A DNA stretch of 41,436 bases from Candidatus Micrarchaeota archaeon (GTDB lineage: Archaea > Micrarchaeota > Micrarchaeia > Anstonellales > Anstonellaceae): assembly GCA_964532715.1 (NCBI GenBank), contig CAZHIX010000001.1, positions 25,000 through 66,435 on the forward strand, written 5' to 3'. Of this stretch, positions 36,369 to 41,436 are shown one piece after another. The translations under genes were made by a program, and so were the position numbers. The notes beneath the pieces were generated by a model. That model worked only from the letters and a program-made list of their open reading frames with translations, was not told where the DNA came from and ran no database searches. Position 1 is the stretch's first letter. Each line of letters opens with the position of its first letter.

Positions 36369-39185
36369 ATGCAAAAAAGAGAATTCAAATATTACCCGCA
36401 GGATTTTGAAAAACTTATAGCAAAACCATTACATATGAATTTAACTTTTGATATTTTTGATAATTATGTAGATGTACAAAATCATATTCTTATTGAAATT
36501 TTTGAAGATACTAAAAAAATTGTTTTGGATGCAAACAATTTAGAAATAAAAGCTCTGAAATGTATTGAATCAGAAATAAGTTACGAGTATAAAAAAGACG
36601 TCTCAAAACTTGAAATTAATTTCAAAACAAAGCTAAAAGCAGGGCAAAAAATAAATTTATTTACTCATGTTGTTTGCAAGCCTACAAAAAATATTTTAGA
36701 GGGGATTTATTACGACCAAACTCCGAGCGGGGCTCCGCCTACGATGATATCTCAATGTCAACAATGGGGATTTCAAAGAATTACTCCTTGCTTTGATGAT
36801 ATGCAAGCAAAATGCACGTATACTACGAAGATAATTGCAGATTCTAGATACACTCATATGATCTCAAATGGAGATATATTAAAACAAAAAACAAGCAGGG
36901 GGAACAATCGTAGCGAAATCATATATGTTAATACAAAAACTCCTATGGCCCCTTATCTTTTTTTCATAGGAGTTGGTACCTATGATCAATTTGAGCGTGT
37001 TTTTGAATATCCTGATGCTTCGCAGTTTATGTTACAACTTCTTGTTGCGCCCGGATGTGAAAAAAATAGTGCATTACAATCTCTTGAAATACTTCATGAT
37101 GCTATAATGTGGATACATCTATTTACTGGAGAACAATCTTATTCTGATGTAGATAAACGTCAAAAACTTTTTGATATGATAAAAAAACGAGAACAGATGC
37201 GCGCAAGAAACGACAGTCCTATTCAAATACGAAAAGAAGTTGCAGAACTTGCATCTCAGTTGAAACTTGGGTATAAATACACTGGTTCAGTATATCGTGA
37301 GATTGCAATGCAAAATTCAAATTTTGGTGGGATGGAAAATGTTGGAAACACTACCGTAGTTGCAAATCGCATAATGCCCTCTCAAAAAATGCCTGATTCA
37401 GTTTTTGAATACTTAATCGCAGTCAAGTGTCACGAATTTTATCACAACCTAAATGGTTCTGAAGTTACTGGGGCATCTCCATTTGAGCTTTGGCTCAACG
37501 AAGCAGTAACCTGTGTTGTTGAACACGAATATATGAATTATCTTTCGCAAAGTCAATATTCGCGCTTAGAAGAAGTGATACGTATAATTTCTCCAGATGG
37601 CGGAACACTTGATCACGACACTGGTTCAATGACTATGCCCATAATTCCAAGTGGATTCAATACTCCCGACGATTTAATTTCTGAAGTTACATATTCAAAA
37701 GCACCTGAATTTGTGCATATGATTAAGACTGTGATGGGTAAAGAAAAATTTGCAAAAGCACTTGCAAACTATCATCAAAAGTTCTCTCACAAAAATGCAA
37801 CTACTCAAGATTGGATTAATTGCATGTGTGAAGAAGCATCTGTAGATTTTAATGCCATGGCTTTATCTTGGCTTCATCAAAGCGGATATCCTACGGTTCA
37901 TGTAAAAAAATCATTTTCAATCAAAAACAAACTTCTCACTTTAGACTTAACTCAAAGTGGTTTTGAGAAGGCGCACTGGCATTTTCCATTTAATGCAACT
38001 CTTGTAGATGAAAACGGCAAGGATATAGCTACCAAGCAAATATTTGTGCAAAATGTAAACGAACAAATAATCTTTGAGAATATCACGCAAGAACCAGCAT
38101 TTATTTCGTTTGCAAGAAATTACATGTTTTATGGAAAAGTTGATTATAATTATAGCGAAAAAGAACTATTTTCAATGCTAAAACATGATTCGGATTATAT
38201 AAATCGTTATATTGCTTTTACAAAAATAGCTGAAAAAGAAAAAATGCGTCTTATATCTGATAATAATGCGATCGTGTCTGATAAATTTGTTGATACTTTT
38301 TTCAAATTACTGTCTGACGAATCTCTTGTTGAAAAAATGGGTGTCTCTATTTTGGCAATTTCTGATTCGCTAGAAGATAAAAAACTAAAACACAGTTATC
38401 AAAAATTATATGAAATATCAAAAAAAATAAGTTATGCAATTGCATCAAAATACAAAAAAAAACTTATTGAAATATATAATTTATATTCAGCGAAATCTGT
38501 AGATGCATCATTTGTAAAAAAGAAAATTTATGATATTAAAATGCGTTCGCTAAAAAATACTGCTCTTTGTTTACTTTCAGAACTTGACACACAAGATATT
38601 CATGAAATAATTCTCAATCAATTTGAAAACCCAAAAAGTGCATCAGATAAATATGTAGCATTTGCCCTAATACTAAATAGTTCTATCAACGGCAAGGAAA
38701 AAATTATATCTTCTTATGAGTCTGAAGCGTCAAAGGACTTGGTTGAGTGGGAAGTATTCTTGTCAAGAATAGGTGCAAATGACTCTCAAGATCCAATTTC
38801 CTTAATAAAAAATGTTGAAAAATCAAAATTATTTAGAATTGACCAATCAAATGATCAGCGAATGTTCATGCGTTTTGCTTTCAATAAAAGAATTTCATTA
38901 CTCACACAAACCGGGCGTGAATATTTAAAAGAAATTATAATAAAACTTGCAAAAATAAACGAATATTCTACTATGCATATATTATCTGTATTCTCAAAAT
39001 TAAATGATTTTGATATGCAATATCACGAGCCAATTATTTCAATGCTAAAATCAATTTACGATTCACTTGATGAGAATATACAAACATCTACTTGTAACAC
39101 TATCAGGCGAATCCTAAGAGGTGCTCCTGACGCACTCAAAACTTATGAATCAAAACACGGGATTCTTAATTCAAAATATGTCTGA
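36369..39185 (+). CDS. pepN: M1-family zinc aminopeptidase (aminopeptidase N-like)
   Basis: The GGMEN exopeptidase motif and HEFYH-x18-E (WLNEA) zinc site are both present. GAGGTG precedes the ATG. Confidence 0.92.
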   Translation: MQKREFKYYPQDFEKLIAKPLHMNLTFDIFDNYVDVQNHILIEIFEDTKKIVLDANNLEIKALKCIESEISYEYKKDVSKLEINFKTKLKAGQKINLFTHVVCKPTKNILEGIYYDQTPSGAPPTMISQCQQWGFQRITPCFDDMQAKCTYTTKIIADSRYTHMISNGDILKQKTSRGNNRSEIIYVNTKTPMAPYLFFIGVGTYDQFERVFEYPDASQFMLQLLVAPGCEKNSALQSLEILHDAIMWIHLFTGEQSYSDVDKRQKLFDMIKKREQMRARNDSPIQIRKEVAELASQLKLGYKYTGSVYREIAMQNSNFGGMENVGNTTVVANRIMPSQKMPDSVFEYLIAVKCHEFYHNLNGSEVTGASPFELWLNEAVTCVVEHEYMNYLSQSQYSRLEEVIRIISPDGGTLDHDTGSMTMPIIPSGFNTPDDLISEVTYSKAPEFVHMIKTVMGKEKFAKALANYHQKFSHKNATTQDWINCMCEEASVDFNAMALSWLHQSGYPTVHVKKSFSIKNKLLTLDLTQSGFEKAHWHFPFNATLVDENGKDIATKQIFVQNVNEQIIFENITQEPAFISFARNYMFYGKVDYNYSEKELFSMLKHDSDYINRYIAFTKIAEKEKMRLISDNNAIVSDKFVDTFFKLLSDESLVEKMGVSILAISDSLEDKKLKHSYQKLYEISKKISYAIASKYKKKLIEIYNLYSAKSVDASFVKKKIYDIKMRSLKNTALCLLSELDTQDIHEIILNQFENPKSASDKYVAFALILNSSINGKEKIISSYESEASKDLVEWEVFLSRIGANDSQDPISLIKNVEKSKLFRIDQSNDQRMFMRFAFNKRISLLTQTGREYLKEIIIKLAKINEYSTMHILSVFSKLNDFDMQYHEPIISMLKSIYDSLDENIQTSTCNTIRRILRGAPDALKTYESKHGILNSKYV

Positions 39186-39254
39186 AGATTTGTTTATGCA
39201 CGCCTTAAAAATTCTCAAAAATATATTAATAAACGTGCATGTTCATTTTCTTTT

Positions 39255-39380
39255 ATGGAGAATTTTGATGAACCTGTACTTTGTCCTTTTTGCGGTGGAG
39301 AAAAACCCTCTAAAAAGAACGCTCAACCTTCCGTTCCTTGTACATGTAGTGAATGTTCTAAAGACGACGATTTATTTTAG
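39255..39380 (+). CDS. Possible 41-aa zinc-ribbon protein (MENFDEPVLCPFCGGEKPSKKNAQPSVPCTCSECSKDDDLF), below the ORF-track size cut-off
   Basis: Hand translation shows a CPFC...CTCSEC cysteine pattern. An A/T-rich TATA-like stretch lies ~20-35 nt upstream. Confidence 0.3.
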   Translation: MENFDEPVLCPFCGGEKPSKKNAQPSVPCTCSECSKDDDLF

Positions 39381-39382
39381 TT

Positions 39383-39449
39383 GAGTGTCATTAATACTAA
39401 CTGTCAAATAATATCCAGTGTCAAGTAGCGTCCTCTGTCAAGTAATATC
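39383..39449 (+). promoter_or_regulatory. Four phased TGTCA(A/T) boxes (TGTCA at 39386, 39402, 39419, 39436; spacing 16/17/17 bp) upstream of the DUF2207 gene
   Basis: Read directly. Boxes 2 and 4 are 14/15 identical (CTGTCAA(A/G)TAATATC). Confidence 0.4.
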
Positions 39450-39530
39450 AATTACGATACAATTTGCTTATTCAAACCTATTTTTTTGAAGATGCATCTA
39501 ATTTAAATTTGTTACACTATTGTATTTCTT

Positions 39531-41366
39531 ATGTCTGCAAAATTAAATATAAATACAATTTTTAAATCTAATATTTTATTGAGTGCATTCTTGTTATCAA
39601 TGCTTTTAATCTCATCCTGTTTTGCAAAATCATATTCAATTGAAAGTGCAACTCTTGATTATTACATAAATTCAGATGGTTCAATAATAGTGGTCGAAAA
39701 TATCACATATGTTTTTGAGAGTGGAAACTTCACTCAAATCTATTTGCAAAAACCAATAGATATGAACATATCTGACACTGCGGGCATATGTGTGCAAAAG
39801 GATTGCAAATTTTTTGAGCAAAATCTTGATGGTTGGCATGAACTTGTTTTGGAATCAAATTTTGAGAATGAAAAAGTAACTGCAATTTTTGAATACAAAC
39901 TTCACAATCAAATATTTGAACAAAAAGATACTGTTCAATTCTTCTACAAACTTTGGGGAGATCAGTGGTCTGAAAAATTAGAAAATCTTAATATTACTAT
40001 TCATCTTTTGCCCGACGAATATGATTATGAGTTTTTTTTACATCCTTCAATATTAAATTATGAAGTTGAAGCTGGTTCTACAAAAATACATATATCTTCA
40101 AAAGAACATCCAAAACTTACTTATCTTGAAATAAATCTTTTAATGCCAAAAAAATTATTTTATGATTTGCCACCTGCTTTTGATTATATAGAAAAACAAT
40201 CAATAATCAAAGGTGAAACTTTATATGTACAAAATCAAAGATTTCAATACATAGTCGCAAAAATTGCAATTTTTGTACCGCTCTTCATAATTCTTGTATC
40301 CTTCCTATCACTTTATCTATTGTTTGGCAGAGAAAAATCACTTCTATCCCTAAATTATAATGCAAAATATGAGCGTGAATCTATCCCTAATTTTAGTCCA
40401 TCATTTGCGGGGCATATATTATCTCAATCGCAAAAACCTTCATTCTTATGTTCTGAAATAATGATGCTATGGCATTATGGGTTTTTGGAAATAGAAACTC
40501 GTACTGTTGAAACAATTAAATTATTGCTTAAATCTAAAAGTAAAAAGTTGTTCTTTAGACTTGCAAAACCAAAATCCAATGTTGTTCTCAATCAACCTCA
40601 AAAAGAAGTACTTAAGATGTTCACTTTAGCGTATAATTCTATAACTGCATCCAACAACTCTAAAACCAATCAAAACGAACCTATTTGGGTTTGTATGGAT
40701 GATGTTGAAAAACATTTTAGCAAAGATACGAATTTCGGAACAAAGTTTTTTGATATTCTTGAAAAAAACACTAAAAAATATATTGATACAAAACCAAATA
40801 TTATTTTTAGTGCAGTATGCGGTATCTGTTTGTTTTGTTCATTTTTCTCTATTTTTATTCTAAGTATTCTATTTGATTATTCAATTTTTACTGATGATTT
40901 TATTTTTTTGTATCTTGTAAGCGTTTTTACAACTATCGTCATCTCAATATTTTTGATATTTTTTGTTCACTCAAATCCCTCTGTGCTTGGTAAATGGACT
41001 GATGATGGTCGTGTGATTGAAAAAAAATGCGCTAATTTCAAAAAATATCTTGAGCATTTTGGTTCTTTTTCCCACAAAGAGGCTTTGCAAGTAAAGCTAT
41101 GGGGAGAATACCTAGCATATGCGACTGCATTTGGAATTGCAGATAAAGTTTTATCTCAGCTAAAGTCAATCGCTTCAGATGCAACATTTTCTCAAAGTGA
41201 TTTAGATACTCTCTTTTTAGTGAATGCATCTATGGTTCGTCTTAGTTATAATTCATATTATAATTCTTCTGTTTTGCGAAGTAGTTACTCATCTTCAAGT
41301 GGTGTGCACTCTGCAAGTTTTGGGGGTGGAGCAGGAGGAGGCGGTGGTGGGGGCGGAGCGCGTTAA
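39531..41366 (+). CDS. DUF2207-like membrane protein (signal peptide, extracytoplasmic domain, TM, cytoplasmic segment, TM cluster, poly-Gly C-terminus)
   Basis: The topology and the terminal SFGGGAGGGGGGGGAR are characteristic of the DUF2207 family. Confidence 0.68.
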   Translation: MSAKLNINTIFKSNILLSAFLLSMLLISSCFAKSYSIESATLDYYINSDGSIIVVENITYVFESGNFTQIYLQKPIDMNISDTAGICVQKDCKFFEQNLDGWHELVLESNFENEKVTAIFEYKLHNQIFEQKDTVQFFYKLWGDQWSEKLENLNITIHLLPDEYDYEFFLHPSILNYEVEAGSTKIHISSKEHPKLTYLEINLLMPKKLFYDLPPAFDYIEKQSIIKGETLYVQNQRFQYIVAKIAIFVPLFIILVSFLSLYLLFGREKSLLSLNYNAKYERESIPNFSPSFAGHILSQSQKPSFLCSEIMMLWHYGFLEIETRTVETIKLLLKSKSKKLFFRLAKPKSNVVLNQPQKEVLKMFTLAYNSITASNNSKTNQNEPIWVCMDDVEKHFSKDTNFGTKFFDILEKNTKKYIDTKPNIIFSAVCGICLFCSFFSIFILSILFDYSIFTDDFIFLYLVSVFTTIVISIFLIFFVHSNPSVLGKWTDDGRVIEKKCANFKKYLEHFGSFSHKEALQVKLWGEYLAYATAFGIADKVLSQLKSIASDATFSQSDLDTLFLVNASMVRLSYNSYYNSSVLRSSYSSSSGVHSASFGGGAGGGGGGGGAR

Positions 41367-41408
41367 TTTGGTATATATGTGTTTTTTATTGTCAAGCTGA
41401 CTAAACAT

Positions 41409-41425
41409 GCCCACTTTGAGTGGGC
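41409..41425. other. GC-rich hairpin GCCCAC-tttga-GTGGGC close to the right window edge
   Basis: Read directly. It is unusual in local GC content and could be a terminator or the edge of a structured RNA that is cut by the window. Confidence 0.3.
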
Positions 41426-41436
41426 GGTTGATGTAC

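Noticed and set aside
39121-39384. 87-aa track ORF spanning the pepN stop
   Set aside because: Its first third overlaps the pepN C-terminus in another frame and it has no motif. The Cys-rich 41-aa frame at 39255-39380 is the more plausible, though still tentative, reading.
39383-39449. TGTCAA box array as a replication origin (ORB/iteron-like)
   Set aside because: There is no orc1/cdc6 or other initiator gene nearby, and no obvious flanking inverted ORB pair around an unwinding element. A regulatory-site interpretation is more economical.
41383-41436. tRNA-like anticodon arm (GCCCA-cTTTGAg-TGGGC, would read UUG/Gln) at the window edge
   Set aside because: The 26 nt upstream cannot form an acceptor stem (TTTTTTA) or a normal D arm, and the downstream part is cut off. 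I treated it only as a hairpin.

Overview
AT-rich (roughly one-third G+C by eye) archaeal chromosomal segment; gene content and GAGGTG-type ribosome-binding sites support the archaeal call. The left 2.8 kb is the distal part of a large CRISPR array with 43 identical 30-bp repeats. The window starts inside a spacer, and no cas gene is recognisable in the remaining 38.6 kb. Directly next to the array is a ~5-kb toxin/defence island: wHTH-Fic, AbiEi/AbiEii, a stand-alone PolB-type DEDDy exonuclease, and wHTH-MNT/HEPN. The island ends at tRNA-Gly(CCC). A candidate box C/D sRNA, not explained by any ORF, lies between that tRNA and rlmH. The rest is mostly housekeeping or envelope genes: an SBP-Cache-SBP lipoprotein, corA, a secreted Kazal/DUF333 cysteine-rich protein, trkHA, ATP-dependent DNA ligase, asnS, iscSU, a ribL-like gene, a divergent pair of KaiC-like ATPases, an FNR-like reductase, a complete A1Ao ATP synthase operon (atpHIKECFABD), pepN, and a DUF2207 membrane protein. 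Items most worth a second look: (1) the cas-less array edge, with two overlapping spacers and compositionally heterogeneous spacers; (2) the defence island, especially the orphan exonuclease and the operator-like repeats ahead of MNT/HEPN; (3) the C/D sRNA candidate; (4) a 27-nt near-copy of an internal lig segment in the atp-upstream intergenic region; (5) phased TGTCAA boxes upstream of the DUF2207 gene. All family calls rest on motifs read by eye, and no database search was possible.
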